Assembly (NCBI GenBank): GCA_051313645.2
Contig: JBNRSN020000009.1
Coordinates: 65,224,001-65,288,000 of the forward strand
From: Centroscyllium fabricii
Taxonomy: Eukaryota
Direction of reading: 5' to 3'
DNA: 64,000 bases
This document shows, piece by piece, positions 62,677 through 64,000 of the stretch; the stretch's first letter is position 1, and every line of letters starts with the position of its first letter. The position numbers and the translations under genes are program-made. The notes beneath the pieces were generated by a model. It worked only from the letters and a program-made list of their open reading frames with translations, was not told the origin of the DNA and made no database searches.

Positions 62677-64000
62677 TGTAGCGCTGGCAAGGCCTAGAAA
62701 CCACACGTGAGCCAGAGAGCTGGAGAAAACACTTGTTTAATGCATTAGAGTTAAACAGGAAAGAGAGTGAACCACTCGAAACAAGCTTATTTAAACTGCC
62801 CGCCGTTGGTGACGTCATCACGCAGGAAGACGTGGTGACGTCGTCGCGTCACCCGGATGAGCGGGGCGGATTCAGTGTCCAAGTGGGCGTGCCGCCACAC
62901 AGCTCCCCCCCCAGAATCCGTCCGGGAGAAATAGAAAAGAGTCTATGTGAGCCGTTGGGGTGGCCAGATGATGCGGCCGGCCCGTGTTGTGCGTTGCTTC
63001 TGGTTCTGCGGTGGAGTGTGGGCGGGTGTTGTTGCGGGAGGGCGTCCGCGTTGCGGTGGTTGTGCGGGGACTGTCGTCTCGCCCGCTATAAACGTGTGCC
63101 GGCTTGAGCCGGTCTACTGTAACAGTTTCTGTCCTGTTGCCCATTTGAAGCTGGAAAGCTTTAGCTCCCACCCGAAGCACTCTATAAGGGCCATCGTATG
63201 GTGGCTGTAGTGGTGATCGGTGTCCGTCACGCCGGACGAACACAAATTTTGCATTTTTAATGCTGTCCGGTACTCGTGCTGCCGGCTCTCCGTGCCGGGC
63301 CACTGGTAGTGGCTGGAAAGCTCGTGCCGGGTTGGCAAAGTCTTTTAGGTACTGGTCGGCTGACCAGGGAGCGTTTGGTTCGGCTAAAAATTCGCCCGGC
63401 ACTGTTAGGGCCTGGCCGTATACGAGTTCTGCTGCCGAGGCGTTTAGGTCCTCTTTGACTGCCGAGCGCAGCCCGAGGAGGACCCATGGAAGGTGGTCGG
63501 TACAAGACGCATCCTTGAGGGTGGCTCGCAGTGATGCCTTCATAGATCGGTGGAACCGTTCGCAGAGCACGTTAGCTTGTGGGTGGTATGCGGTGGTTCG
63601 ATGCAAGGTTACCCCGAGGTCGCGGGCGATGGCCGCCCATAGTGCTGACGTGAACTGGGGCCCTCTGTCGGAGGTGATGTCGGTGGGCACGCTGAAGCGG
63701 GCGACCCAGGTGGCGATGAACGCCCTGGCCAAGTCCGTGGTGCCGGTGGCAGCGAGGGGGACTGCTTCTGGCCAGCGAGTGTTGCGGTCGACCATGGTCA
63801 TTACGTGCGTGTGGCCCCGGGATGGCGGTAGTGGCCCGACGAGATCAATGTGGACGTGGTCAAAGCGTCTGGCCGGCACTTTAAATGTTTCCAGCGGGGC
63901 CCTGATGTGCTTATGCACTTTGGAGCGCTGGCAGGCAATGCAGGAGTTGGCCCAGGCGCGGACGTCTTTGCGCAGGCCGCGCCATACGAACCGGGCCGAG
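62677..64000 (-). mobile_element. Gypsy G6 (CsRn1-like): integrase and 3' LTR 62677-62899; continues beyond the window
   Basis: HVHIDLVGPLP..DRNTRWPEAVPL..TSDRGPQF..TTAYHPQAN..PYDGPYRV; PPT GGGGGGGGAG. Confidence 0.9.

Overview
Eukaryotic genomic DNA, almost certainly from a cartilaginous fish, judged by the HE1-type V-SINE, SacSINE1-type DeuSINEs, dense CR1 LINEs and Penelope ends. The only host gene is the first coding exon of FAM120A (minus strand, 25738-26211) with its CpG-rich promoter. Bases 1-25737 appear to be intron 1 and the upstream 37 kb is mostly nested transposable elements: CR1, L2 and Rex1 LINEs, six Gypsy LTR elements plus a solo LTR, two hAT-type elements, TA-flanked pogo/Tigger-like MITEs, and Penelope fragments with minimal hammerhead ribozyme motifs. 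Main finding: four Gypsy elements with different LTRs lack a tRNA primer-binding site. Each instead carries, right after the 5' LTR, the reverse complement of its own LTR segment ending in AATAAAA. In one element this copy runs 53 nt back to the predicted transcription start. This suggests self-priming coupled to masking of the poly(A) signal. A 1.77-kb inversion can also be reconstructed to base resolution. All calls were made by eye with no database searches.
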